Origin: Octopus bimaculoides
Taxonomy: Eukaryota
Reading direction: 5' to 3'
Length of the DNA stretch: 52,444 bases
Assembly (NCBI RefSeq): GCF_001194135.2
Contig: NC_068985.1
Span: 94,467,096-94,519,539 of the forward strand
A program made the translations under genes and the position numbers. The notes below the pieces were generated by a model. The model saw only the letters and a list, made by a program, of their open reading frames with translations. It did no database searches and was not told where the DNA came from. Position 1 is the stretch's first letter; the number at the start of each line of letters is the position of its first letter. Of the stretch, positions 1 through 12,861 are shown piece by piece.

Positions 1-195
<195 letters not shown>

Positions 196-1317
196 TCAGT
201 TGTTTGCTTTTGATCTGAATGTTTGTTGCAATAACGTTTCAAGACACACCTAACGTTCAAGGGTGAGTGAAAGTTAAGAAATGTTACAGTATGACTGAAA
301 CCTGGGGGGCGGGCAAAGTGGCAGAGACAGTAGGGAACTATCTGCAGGTAATACAACACAGGCAATATTGATATAAAATACTTGATAGTTTCATTTATGA
401 ATGTTGTACTACACATTTCCATTAAAGATTTATTTTAATTGAAGTGTGAAAAATATAATATACTTCCATATTCAATATATAGTAAGTATAACAGCATGGT
501 TCTTGAACTAATAGCAATTTATATTGTAAGTAAGTATAAATACTTTATTAGATGTCTTTCGATTATAGTTCTTCTTATGCATAATGAAATTTATATATAT
601 GAATGTATATTTTAATTTATTGAAATATTGCCACATGCTAAGCGTTATACCACATGCGTAGACATATTTAATTCATAAGCATGCTACATTTCGAAGGTGG
701 TGAGTTGATAGAGTCGTTAACAAGTGAGACAAAATTCTTTAGCTATTTTTGTCATCTCCTGACGTGGCTAACTTGTCTATATCCGTTCAGGGTCTATTAT
801 AGATATTTACAGTCAACTACTGTGTTCAATGTAAACATGTTGTCCATTATCATCATACTTGGGAGCATTGAGGCTTCCGACGAATAGGCGTCCAATTTAA
901 GGGCAATGTTCTCATAAGGATCACGTGTGTACGCCATGGAAACAGGCGTAAGGAAAAATACATATACATAAAGAGACATAAAGAAAAATATATATACACT
1001 GTATTTCTAGTAGCGTTACTATTATGAGCTCTTCAGCCTGTGAAGAGAATATCTTTTGCATGTGATATTGTTATTCCTTCATTGTATAACTTACTGTGCT
1101 TTTTAACCCTGGTAATCTACAAGTTGATTGAAACCTGGTGCGTCATCAACAAAAATGGTGCAATTAATCAGTTTAGTCGTTGTATGCAACAGAAATTTAC
1201 TAATTATCCACAGTGTCTGCATGTATGTGGACATAAATTATCTTTATAAATACATATAAACATAATGTAGGAGTGTATGTTTCCTTCTGTGGTTTATGTG
1301 TTGTTTCAATTATTGGG

Positions 1318-1425
1318 CTCTATCGCTCTCTTTGGCCGAACCACTATATAGTGGGAAGTTAAGCGGCGCATCACCTTTTGTCAAACTGTGGTGATGGTGA
1401 AAAAACGAGAGCCAGAAACACACCT
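1318..1425 (-). mobile_element. Degenerate 3' half of SINE family A
   Basis: The sequence tttggccgaaccactatatagtggg...gtcaaactgtggtg...aaacacac aligns loosely with the family A tail (ttttgccgaaccgctaagttacgggg...gtcaagcgatg...aaacacac). Confidence 0.4.
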
Positions 1426-1458
1426 TGCATAAATATACGGAAACATATAAATATACAA

Positions 1459-1524
<66 letters not shown>
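1459..1524. repeat. (GATA)n microsatellite
   Basis: Directly visible array. Confidence 0.97.
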
Positions 1525-1526
<2 letters not shown>

Positions 1527-1745
1527 AATTAATCAAAGGACATAATAAGTATATCTACTTGATAGAAATAACAGTCAAAACTCTTATTTAAATCGCCAAA
1601 ATACACTGATAATAATTACAGAAATCATCCGACCGAAGGCAAACGGGCTAAGACAATCTCCCAGCGTACATTTAAGTATTTGAACTCACATGGACCGGTT
1701 TCTGGACTGGCATAATAGCCTCACCTTGCTCAGCATGCGTTACCA
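1522..1745 (-). mobile_element. Penelope-like terminal-repeat fragment with a hammerhead-like motif
   Basis: The minus strand carries a GAAACCGGTC palindromic stem III/cleavage motif with a paired stem I and ends in a (TATC)n tract. Its 3' portion is repeated in inverted orientation at 2047-2131. Confidence 0.4.
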
Positions 1746-2465
1746 CGATGGAAATCCCCAAGCCGTGACGTTTAAGTCTGCGCTGTAGGTGATTCGTTTT
1801 GCGCCGTATCATGGCAGCCAACAGTGTGAAAATAATTTTCAATACGGAGCAAATAATTCAGGAGAATAATAATTCACGAGAAAATATTTGCGAAGATATC
1901 ATTGACACTGTTGGTATCTAGTGTAACAATTGGAAAATGATAATAACAGAATCAATGTCATGGGAGATTACAGGCCCAAAATAACATTAAAAGACTGAAA
2001 CATTCAAATTGATTTCTGTAGTTGTTAACAGTGTAGTTATTCTGAATGTATTTTGGCGTTTTAAATAACAGTTTTGACTGTTACTTCCAGCAGGTAGACA
2101 TACTTAGTATATCATTTGAGTAATTTTAATCCTTCAGCTATTTAATGCTATCTGCCTATTCATCTTCCTCTCCGCCCTCTCTCTGTGCCTATATATATAT
2201 ATATNNNNNNNNNNTTCCAGTATCGATATGCATACAATACTAAAAAAGTTAAATTAAATTCAGGAAAAATAAATTGTTGTAGAAACGATTATTTATTGTC
2301 ATTTACAATTATTTTATGTTCTCTCTCATTCCTGTGTGTTCGCAAATGTTCAAACTGCCTTCCTTCTGGTGTATGTACGGGTGTATGTATCCATATATCG
2401 TTTTTAGGTATAGTTACACCTATCTGTCTATCTATTTATCTATCAATAACAAGTGGGTTTCAGAC

Positions 2466-2520
2466 GCTAGCTAAATGTTAGGCAAATGCTAGCTAAATGC
2501 TAGCTAAATGTTAGGCAAAA
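2466..2520. repeat. 11-bp minisatellite, 5 units in A-B-A-A-B order
   Basis: A=gctagctaaat and B=gttaggcaaat (last B ends ...aaaa), read directly. Confidence 0.9.
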
Positions 2521-3477
2521 TGTGTGTGAAATCTGACAATATGACAATAGAATAACAGATATGTTGTAGTTGAATTCGTGATGAGAATAAAATACTCTGT
2601 TCAATGAATTTGAAAAGATAAGTTTGCTCCAGTGAATTTTGTAAATATCTTCACCTACCGAAAAAAAGTATACATAATAGAATTTTTAAAAAAATTAGAA
2701 TATGCAGCATTGATTATCAGAAAGAAACTTTACGCTGCTAAACAGAAGCAATGATCAGAATCTCAAAAATAAATGGTACATCTTGTCTTTTAAGAATGCA
2801 TTCACTAATGTTAGAACCACAATACTGTATTATTTAATGCCAGCAGTGATATATACGATTGACTCAAATCTGACTATGCATGCAGATGTCGAATAAATTA
2901 AAACAAACGGTCAAAGTTTTATAGATACGATGGATTTCCAATTTCATGTAACACTAACGCTTCTGTTTGCAAAATCATATTATTAACTTAATAAAACTAT
3001 TTACTCATGAGAAAGCATATTACATCCAATGACATATCAACTATTAACTATATTCGACGCTAAAATTACAGATGATCAACATTAATAAATGTGCCTTTCC
3101 GCTTCGATACAATAATAAAATTTATTAGCAATAATAGCAGGAAATTATCTCATATGAGAAAATATTGAATAGAGGAATTGGTTATTCCAATAACGCGTTC
3201 GAAAAATTGAGTTATAATAATTGAAACATGGATATACTGTCTTATCAAATGAAAACCACCGACTTTATCATCAACTGATCACATCTAGATTTCCCTCCAA
3301 AATTCGACATCAAATATACTTCAAAACGCTTAAAGTAACACCAAAAAAAAAAAAAGAAGAATTAAGCCAATTCGATGTGAAAAACATAGCAGGGTGGTAA
3401 AAAGAAAAATTCGAACGCCATATTGAACAATTACGTGTTTTTATGTAGAAGGCAGGATATCAGCCTGCTTATCAGGT

Positions 3478-3858
3478 GGTTGGCACTCCGTCGGTTACGA
3501 CGACGAGGGTTCAAGTTGATCCGATTAACGGAACAGCCTGATCGTGAAATTAACGTGCAAGTGGCTGAGCACTCCACAGACACGAGTACCCTTAACGTTG
3601 TTCTCGGGCAGATTCAGCGTGACACAGAGTGTGACAAGGCTGGCCCTTTTGAAATACAGGTACAGCAGAAATAGGAAGAGTGAGAGAAAGTTGTGGGGAA
3701 AGAGCTCAGCAGGGTTCGCCACCATCGCCTGCCGGAGCCTCGTGGAACTTTAGGTGTTTTCGCTCAATAAACACTCACAACGCCCGGTCTGGGAATCGAA
3801 ACCGCGATCCTACGACCGCGAGTCCGCTGCCCTATCCACTGGGCCATTGCGCATCCAC
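3478..3858 (-). mobile_element. tRNA-derived SINE, family C, apparently full length
   Basis: The minus-strand head gtggatgcgcaatggcccagtggatagggcagcggactcgcggtcgtaggatcgcggtttcgattcccagaccggg has Pol III A-box (tggcccagtgg) and B-box (ggtttcgattcc) motifs. It is followed by a GC-rich body in AT-rich context. Confidence 0.8.
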
Positions 3859-4280
3859 GCTTATCAGAAAACATTCAACAATGCAAAAAATATGTTTTGT
3901 AAATTATCTTATTACATGCATTTTAATTCTTACTTGTTTATCAGAAGGAACGCTGGTCGTCGAATATTAATAGCCTTTAAAGAAATATAAAAAAAAAGAA
4001 TAAGGAAATCTTAATTATCATTCAATGACACTTAAATAAAGGACATATTGCGCAAATTTATATTATCATTTGTCATTAATCACATATAGATCGCATAATA
4101 TGAATAATGCAAACATTTCCAGAGATAAGCAGAAGTTTAACAGCGAAGCGTAATAATCATATAAGTCGATTTTATTCCAAACCTTGCATGATGCCAAAAT
4201 GGAGTCACGAAACGAATGTAATTCAAAAGAGAGAAATACTTTTGCGATCACATGCAAGAAAAGATTACTCACACATGGAT

Positions 4281-4282
<2 letters not shown>

Positions 4283-4332
<50 letters not shown>
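4283..4332. repeat. (AC)n microsatellite
   Basis: Directly visible. Confidence 0.97.
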
Positions 4333-4336
<4 letters not shown>

Positions 4337-4447
4337 ACAAACATACATACAGGCAAATATACACAGATACACTTTACTTGAGCAGACATACATATGCTTA
4401 CGCAAACATAGGTATGCATTTGATGAAAGATAGAAGACTACCGACGA

Positions 4448-4481
<34 letters not shown>

Positions 4482-4575
4482 ATNNNNNNNNNNNNNNNNN
4501 NNNNNNNNNNNNNNNNNNNNNNNNNNNNNNNNNNNNNNNNNNNNNNNNNNNNNNNNNNNNNNNNNNNNNNNNNNN

Positions 4576-4608
<33 letters not shown>

Positions 4609-5864
4609 TATATACATATATGAACCAATGTTTATATCGTTACCTCATAGTTTCGATGGATTGGTAACTAACCGGTATCTTCATTGTATTTTATTATATC
4701 TTAATTAGATTTATAACAATCCTCTTATTTTATTATGATACCACTATATGAAACACAACATATTAATGTGAATCTTGATGATCTCTTATGTTGTTTAAAA
4801 GTTTTACGAAACTAATGTCCTCATAATGCTTCCGATTGGGAACTAATTACATTATTTTGTTTATATAATAATATCTATACCGATTCTTGTGTACAAAGTC
4901 AGCAGATAGACAATTTATGTGTATATGATGCAGCTAAGTCAATAATAGACCAGCATAATTTATACTTAACGTGCATTTGTTTGAGTTTATCTACATATGT
5001 AGCCAATGAAGTAGGGTTGCTCATAATATTCGCTTTAATTGAATGTATATCTGCTAAAAGTCGTTGTTTAATGTTAATAGAGCTTTCTATATATACCTTG
5101 CAGGGTGAGTTAGCAGTTTTTGTTACAATGCACTTATATGTAAGGTTGAACCATCTACATTTGCCTTCTAAAGGACATGATTTTTTTTTAATTTTTACAT
5201 GTGCAATATTTAGTTGTATATTTCTGTTCCGTGGTATTAGATTTAATGGTATTAGTATTATTTCTTATGGCGTATGGTGTTATATTTGAATTTGTTGTGG
5301 ATCATAGATAAAGTATCTCTCATATGAATCTAACATTGATTTCAAAGTGTCAACCTAGTAATTAATAAAATTTGCAGTATTAATCTTAACAGGAATAATC
5401 AACAAAATTTGTCAAGGGGCAATGATAATTAATTGAATTGATATCGATCTCTGTAGATGATGTTAAAAAATACTTCTAACTGCTGTGAATTAGTAACGAG
5501 ACAAAAATTACTAAGTAACCTCTTATTAACAATGTCACAACATAATCCGTTCTGGAGCTGTGTATATTTTAGAAACATTTAGAAGAACGCTAAAATTCTC
5601 TTATGATGTAAAGCGCATTAAAAGAAATCAACCAAATATTAATGTAATTGAGCTGGATAGAATGTCACATATACGGTTTCATTTGATTCAGAAACTTATC
5701 TATACGATTTTGTTTTTTAATCTATTTCTAAATATAGTAGGTTAATTCAGGTCTACATTTATACAATGCGGCATCATTTACTTAAAATGGTTTTGATTAA
5801 GAAATAAGTCGTTTATCTTTTTTGCATTTTAATTATAGATATCCATTATGATCCTCAAGATATA

Positions 5865-5916
5865 GGCGTCGTGTTGGCAGAATCGTTGCTACGTCGGAGA
5901 AAAGTCTTAGCAACAT
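5865..5916 (+). mobile_element. Head fragment of SINE family B
   Basis: ggcgtcgtgttggcagaatcgttgctacgtcggagaaaagtcttagc matches the reverse complement of the head of the 34925-35111 copy (ggcggcgaggtagtagaagcgttagcacaccgggcgaaatacttaac). Confidence 0.5.
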
Positions 5917-6089
5917 TCCAGTTCTTAGCATTCTGATTTCAAATACTGCCGATCACGACGTTTCTTCTCGCGAGAGATAAAACAGGTTTTTCACTGTAGT
6001 TTATGTAATACACATAACTTATTCATTCGTATGCATGAGCAGATATACACACACACACACACAAAACATATATAGAGAGAGGTACCCGA

Positions 6090-6390
6090 ATAAACAGCGT
6101 CTCTCTGGAACCCGTGGTCCGATTTACGCGAAACTTGTCTTATTCTATTTGTCCCACTTACGCTCACAGTTTTACCCATTATGCACTAGTTTGGCTCTAT
6201 TAAATTACAGACAGCCACGCTCGCATGCAAACACGCAAAAATATACAGAAAGACATCCAGGTGTTCAAAATAAATGGCAATAAGTCAAGGTTCCACTGCT
6301 TAAAAGTGTTGAAAGGAACCCCTCAAAACCGCATGTCTCGAGAATCGTGGTCTGATTTACACGAAATTTGTTTTATTCTGTTTGTATTCA
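6090..6390 (+). repeat. Two direct copies of a ~55-bp motif about 235 bp apart, Helitron/HINE-like internal repeat
   Basis: cgtctctctggaacccgtggtccgatttacgcgaaacttgtcttattctattt at about 6098-6150 versus tgtctcgagaatcgtggtctgatttacacgaaatttgttttattctgttt at about 6334-6383. The ccgatt...gaaact motif is shared with the elements at 28530 and 46490. Confidence 0.45.
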
Positions 6391-6440
6391 CATTACAAGG
6401 GTACCTTACTTTCATAGTATTTTCCCATTATGCGCCGGTT

Positions 6441-6650
6441 AAGTCTTATGCGGCCTTGTTGGAGCACTGTCTTTAGTCGAAGAAATCGCCCCCCAGGACT
6501 TATTCTTTTTAAGCCTAGTACTTATTATATCGTTCTGTTTTGCCGAACCGCTAAGTTACGAGGACATAAACACACGAGCATCGGTTGTCAAGCGATGGTG
6601 GGGGGGGGAACACACACAGACATGCAAATACTCATACATATATACACAGG

Positions 6651-6710
<60 letters not shown>

Positions 6711-6872
6711 CGACGGGTTTCTTTCAGTTTCCGTCTACCAAATCTACTCACAAGGCTTTGGCTGGCCCGAGGCTATAGTAGAAGACACTTGTCCAAGGTG
6801 CCACGGAGTGGGACTTAACCCGGAACCCTGTGAATGGTAAGCAAGCTACTTACCATACAGCCACTCCTGCAC
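6441..6872 (-). mobile_element. tRNA-derived SINE family A (Octopus-type, CORE-like ccttgggcaagtgtcttc box, internal TA/TG microsatellite)
   Basis: Colinear with 7 other copies in the window; the tRNA-like head is ggagtggctgtatggtaagtagcttgc...gggttaagtcccact on the minus strand. Confidence 0.9.
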
Positions 6873-8120
6873 ATACACAATTTGAAAATAGAATTGTATA
6901 TGAAGACATGCACATATCATAACGAAGGTACTAGTTAGGTCTCGAAGAAATCCCAAATGCACTATATTTCCAAAGTCACATACGTGACTGTAAAGAGAGT
7001 TTTACAACTTTTAACACTTAAGACATAACACGTAAGACAATTTTTATCGCTGTGTAGGTGTATCAACACCTAAACATCTCTAGGTTAGTTATTATTCGAT
7101 CGTTAAATTTATCTGTAACTTATTTATTTGAGCACATCGTCACTAAATCCTTTAACGCATTATTGTTTTCCATATAAACGTACAATAAATTTCGATTAAA
7201 CATAGGAAATGTTTGTAATTCAAGTATAATAACTTTTGAGTATTAACAAGTGAGCGAGAATTATGTTACTGCTGTAAAATTCAAAGTAATATCTCTATCT
7301 TACAGAATAAGAGGATTAGACCAAATACAATCTAATATATGCTTAGAAGCTGATAACAAAATCGGAGCAGAAAACAAATGAACTTTATTGAAGCCAAGGA
7401 AACATTATTACTGACGACGCGATAGTTTAATATTTAAACATAACTGAATCAAGAACAAAATGTGTGTTAAGAGGCTGATGTTGGAGTTAATTTTAAAGAA
7501 AGAATTAGAAAGGAAATCGTGAAAATGCTAAATCTATGTTCAAAATAGAGCTACAGAGTAGCTTGATGAAATAACGATGAAAGAAGCTTTTAATTCCTGG
7601 CTAATACTTGAGGAAATAAATACAAAGTGATAGAAAATGATAACGACAAAAAAGCACTAAGAAGAAGTAAGAAATATTTAGTCAGCAACTATCGGGTTTT
7701 CACTACAGCACAGTATTGAACCTTTCTGAACATTAATTGTAAAAGAAAAATTAGAATAGGAGTGAAAATATGTAAATCCCCATGCGTTTTGTGTCGAGGC
7801 TGATAAAACAGTCTTCAATAGTGAAGACTACGACAACAAACATGTTTTCACTTGTGTCGTTCATTTGCTCGGAGTTATGTCTGGAATTATGGACGTACTA
7901 CAGGGAAGATATTACAAACATCTACGGGAAAATGACAAATTATCATATTATATTTATAGAAACTCACACAGAAGGGTAGATCAAAGTTAACAGCCGAAGT
8001 ATATTTCTGAAAGCTCACCAGCAAATCAAATACTTTTTAAACGATGTATCAAGATGAATATTAATATTCGCATCACATATGTAGTATGTATATCGTTAAA
8101 TCTATGTACACTGTATAATC

Positions 8121-8180
8121 ATATATGCATACACACTTCCAAAATATATGCATACACACTTCCAAAATATATGCATACAC
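8121..8180. repeat. 23-bp tandem repeat, about 2.6 copies
   Basis: atatatgcatacacacttccaaa repeated at 8121 and 8144, with a partial copy at 8167. Confidence 0.9.
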
Positions 8181-8230
8181 GCACATACACAGGCACACAC
8201 ATGCGCGCACACAGACATACATGTGTTTAT

Positions 8231-8428
8231 ATATGGGAGAATATACGAAAAAACAACAACAGACGAGGACAGGTGGTGTAAATAACAAAAGGATGCATTA
8301 GTATGACGTTCGGGAATACGGAAAGTCTTTGATGTTTCGAGCTACGCTCTTCAACAGAAAGAATACGGAGACAAAGAGAAAAACACGGAGAAAAAAATTG
8401 AATAGTGTCCAGTCAACGGTCAATCATG
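8231..8428 (-). mobile_element. Penelope-like non-autonomous repeat with a minimal hammerhead-like motif (family shared with 51160-51342)
   Basis: The reverse complement aligns along its length with 51160-51342; it contains TCTTT-CTGTTGAA-GAGC gta GCTC-GAAACATC-AAAGA. Confidence 0.6.
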
Positions 8429-8441
8429 TGTTTATATACAT

Positions 8442-8853
8442 AGGTTCAGGAGTGTCTGTGTGGTAAGTAGCTTGCTTGCCAACCACTCAATCCTGGGTTC
8501 AGTCCCACTGGGTGGCATCTTGCGGAAGTCTCTTCTACTAGAGTTTCGGACCGACCAAAGCGTTGTTAGTGGATTTGGTAGACGGAAACTGAAAGAAGCC
8601 CGTCGTATACATGTATATGTATATATGTGTGTGTTTGTGTGTCTGTGTTTGTCACCCCACCAGCACCATCGCTTGGCAACCGATGGTGGTGTGTTTACGT
8701 CCCCGTAAATTAGCGGTTCAGCAAAACAGAACGATAGAAGGTGGAATAGGCTTACAAAGAATAAGCCCTGGGCTCGATTTGCTCGACTAAAGGCAGTGCT
8801 CCAGCAAAGCAGCAGTCAAATGACTGAAACGAGTAAAAGAGTAAAAGAGAAAG
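8442..8853 (+). mobile_element. SINE family A, full length
   Basis: Head ggttcaggagtgtctgtgtggtaagtagcttgc...gggttcagtcccact, internal microsatellite and (gtaaaaga)n tail. Confidence 0.92.
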
Positions 8854-9840
8854 TATANNNNNNNNNNNNNNNNNNNNNNNNNNNNNNNNNNNNNNNNNNN
8901 NNNNNNNNNNNNNNNNNNNNNNNNNNNNNNNNNNNNNNNNNNNNNNNNNNNNNNNNNNNNNNNNNNNNNNNNNNNNNNNNNNNNNNNNNNNNNNNNNNNN
9001 NNNNNNNNNNNNNNNNNNNNNNNNNNNNNNNNNNNNNNNNNNNNNNNNNNNNNNNNNNNNNNNNNNNNNNNNNNNNNNNNNNNNNNNNNNNNNNNNNNNN
9101 NNNNNNNNNNNNNNNNNNNNNNNNNNNNNNNNNNNNNNNNNNNNNNNNNNNNNNNNNNNNNNNNNNNNNNNNNNNNNNNNNNNNNNNNNNNNNNNNNNNN
9201 NNNNNNATATATATATATATATAAAAACATACACATGCACACACATGCAGATACATTTGGGCGTCTGTATGTGTATGTGTATATGTGTGTTTGTGCGTGT
9301 GCGTACGTGTGTGCGTGTGTGTGCATGTGTAATCACCTTTTTTTTCATACAGATAAATGTCCAAGATATAGTTTTGGTCGTCAATTGAAATCGTATAAAT
9401 ATTGCTTTAAGTAATTTAATTTTTTTTTTGTTAGCATAAGAAAGTAAGAATATTTTTATGGAATTATATATCACTTAATTTCTGACACGATACGTATTTT
9501 GATTGTTTATTCAATTTTTGCTTTGATTACAAAAAACAAGCGTATACGCGTATCTATTTGCAAATGTATTAAAATTATTTTTAGGACTTAATTACAGGTG
9601 TAGTATTACACTATTTGGATATAAGAAAACTTATATGTACTAAATAAAATCTTAGTTGTTCAAACAGAAAATATTACATTACATATATGTCTGCGTGTAT
9701 TAATTTTTACACGTGTAGCAATCCTGTACCAACATGCACATATCTAAAGCAAACCTTGTTCCAACGATTATATGTAATTAAAAATCGAAACACAGTTCTG
9801 TCTAAGGCCACACTACGTTTATATTAGGTATAAATATATA

Positions 9841-10220
9841 CTCTTTACTCTTTTACTGTTTTACTTGTTTCAGTCATTTGACTGCGGCCAGCAAATCGAT
9901 CCCAGGGACTTATTCTTTGTAAGACTAGTACTTATTCTGTAGGTCTTTTTGGCCGAACCGCTAAATTTCGAGGTCGTAAACACGCCACCATCGGTTGTCA
10001 AGCGATGATGGGGTGGGGGAGACAAACATAGACACACAAACACAAATATATATATACATATACATTTCATTCAGTTTACGTCTACCAAATCCATTCACAA
10101 GGCTTTGGTCGGCCCGAGGCTATAGTAGAAGACTCGTGCCCAAGTTACCACGCACTGGGACTGAACTCAGAACGATGTAGTTGGTAAGCAAGCTGCTTGC
10201 CACACAGCCACTCCTGCGCC
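9841..10220 (-). mobile_element. SINE family A, full length with a ~24-bp internal deletion
   Basis: Colinear with other copies; it lacks tgctggagcaccgcctttagtcga at about 9891. Confidence 0.9.
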
Positions 10221-11197
10221 TGTATGTATGTATATATATATATATATNNNNNNNNNNNNNNNNNNNNNNNNNNNNNNNNNNNNNNNNNNNNNNNNNNNNN
10301 NNNNNNNNNNNNNNNNNNNNNNNNNNNNNNNNNNNNNNNNNNNNNNNNNNNNNNNNNNNNNNNNNNNNNNNNNNNNNNNNNNNNNNNNNNNNNNNNNNNN
10401 NNNNNNNNNNNNNNNNNNNNNNNNNNNNNNNNNNNNNNNNNNNNNNNNNNNNNNNNNNNNNNNNNNNNNNNNNNNNNNNNNNNNNNNNNNNNNNNNNNNN
10501 NNNNNNNNNNNNNNNNNNNNNNNNNNNNNNNNNNNNNNNNNNNNNNNNNNNNNNNNNNNNNNNNNNNNNNNNNNNNNNNNNNNNNNNNNNNNNNNNNNNN
10601 NNNNNNNNNNNNNNNNNNNNNNNNNNNNNNNNNNNNNNNNNNNNNNNNNNNNNNNNNNNNNNNNNNNNNNNNNNNNNNNNNNNNNNNNNNNNNNNNNNNN
10701 NNNNNNNNNNNNNNNNNNNNNNNNNNNNNNNNNNNNNNNNNNNNNNNNNNNNNNNNNNNNNNNNNNNNNNNNNNNNNNNNNNNNNNNNNNNNNNNNNNNN
10801 NNNNNNNNNNNNNNNNNNNNNNNNNNNNNNNNNNNNNNNNNNNNNNNNNNNNNNNNNNNNNNNNNNNNNNNNNNNNNNNNNNNNNNNNNNNNNNNNNNNN
10901 NNNNNNNNNNNNNNNNNNNNNNNNNNNNNNNNNNNNNNNNNNNNNNNNNNNNNNNNNNNNNNNNNNNNNNNNNNNNNNNNNNNNNNNNNNNNNCGAACAC
11001 CCGAACGCTCACACACACACACACACACATACTTATTAAGCTACTTGTCATATAGTAACTGTCGTTGATTTAAATTATTTAATCATTTGTCCTCTGCGAA
11101 AGTTAATAACAAGTGTCTGTAATACACCAAGATAGACTTTAACGAATCGTTGCAAATTATCAATCCCCCTCAATCAATTATTCCCAATGACAGTATG

Positions 11198-11302
11198 GTA
11201 AATGCATACACAAATGAAAGAGGTATGTACATTTACTAATCCACAATGAAAGTGTAGTAAATGCATACACAAATGAGAGTTATGTAAATTTACTAATCCA
11301 CA
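11198..11302. repeat. ~59-bp imperfect tandem duplication
   Basis: gtaaatgcatacacaaatga...atttactaatccaca at 11198 and 11257. Confidence 0.85.
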
Positions 11303-12861
11303 TAGGAATTAGCGTCTTAACTTTGGTGGCTTACTTCGTCATATCCGGCAAATACATATACTTTTAGACATCACTTAATGTATTGAATTTAGGAGTGGAA
11401 AGAATTATATTAGTGATCAACAAGTTGTGTAAGGTAACATACTACAGTGTGTTTATAGCAGACGTAACACAGACTCGCCACTTATTTAGTTGAGTGCATA
11501 CACACCGCGATATTTGTCATCGATTATCGAATGAGTGCCCGTCTTTTCATTGGTTTGTTATTAGACATAGATCAAATCTGTATTTTATTCGATAATTTTC
11601 TATTTATAATTCAGAGAGCTACTTTTATCTACTACTTAACTGTTCTAAAGGACCCGATGATCTATAGAATTTGGAATGATGCTTAGCTACATAGACATAT
11701 TTTATGGTTTAATGGATGGAATATCATTACAATTAAAGAAACTATATATATATATATATATACATATGCATATATATATANNNNNNNNNNNNNNNNNNNN
11801 NNNNNNNNNNNNNNNNNNNNNNNNNNNNNNNNNNNNNNNNNNNNNNNNNNNNNNNNNNNNNNNNNNNNNNNNNNNNNNNNNNNNNNNNNNNNNNNNNNNN
11901 NNNNNNNNNNNNNNNNNNNNNNNNNNNNNNNNNNNNNNNNNNNNNNNNNNNNNNNNNNNNNNNNNNNNNNNNNNNNNNNNNNNNNNNNNNNNNNNNNNNN
12001 NNNNNNNNNNNNNNNNNNNNNNNNNNNNNNNNNNNNNNNNNNNNNNNNNNNNNNNNNNNNNNNNNNNNNNNNNNNNNNNNNNNNNNNNNNNNNNNNNNNN
12101 NNNNNNNNNNNNNNNNNNNNNNNNNNNNNNNNNNNNNNNNNNNNNNNNNNNNNNNNNNNNNNNNNNNNNNNNNNNNNNNNNNNNNNNNNNNNNNNNNNNN
12201 NNNNNNNNNNNNNNNNNNNNNNNNNNNNNNNNNNNNNNNNNNNNNNNNNNNNNNNNNNNNNNNNNNNNNNNNNNNNNNNNNNNNNNNNNNNNNNNNNNNN
12301 NNNNNNNNNNNNNNNNNNNNNNNNNNNNNNNNNNNNNNNNNNNNNNNNNNNNNNNNNNNNNNNNNNNNNNNNNNNNNNNNNNNNNNNNNNNNNNNNNNNN
12401 NNNNNNNNNNNNNNNNNNNNNNNNNNNNNNNNNNNNNNNNNNNNNNNNNNNNNNNNNNNNNNNNNNNNNNNNNNNNNNNNNNNNNNNNNNNNNNNNNNNN
12501 NNNNNNNNNNNNNNNNNNNNNNNNNNNNNNNNNNNNNNNNNNNNNNNNNNNNNNNNNNNNNNNNNNNNNNNNNNNNNNNNNNNNNNNNNNNNNNNNNNNN
12601 NNNNNNNNNNNNNNNNNNNNNNNNNNNNNNNNNNNNNNNNNNNNNNNNNNNNNNNNNNNNNNNNNNNNNNNNNNNNNNNNNNNNNNNNNNNNNNNNNNNN
12701 NNNNNNNNNNNNNNNNNNNNTATATATATATGTATATGTATATATATATATATGTATGTATGTATGTGTGTGTGTATTAGAAAGTAGATGCAGGAGAAGC
12801 TATATCGTAAAAATCACAGAGAAGATAAGTCCATAACATAAGCAATATTGTATTAATAAAT

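Noticed and set aside
3785-3858. tRNA gene
   Set aside because: A and B boxes are present but the sequence continues into a SINE body; it is a SINE head, not a bona fide tRNA.
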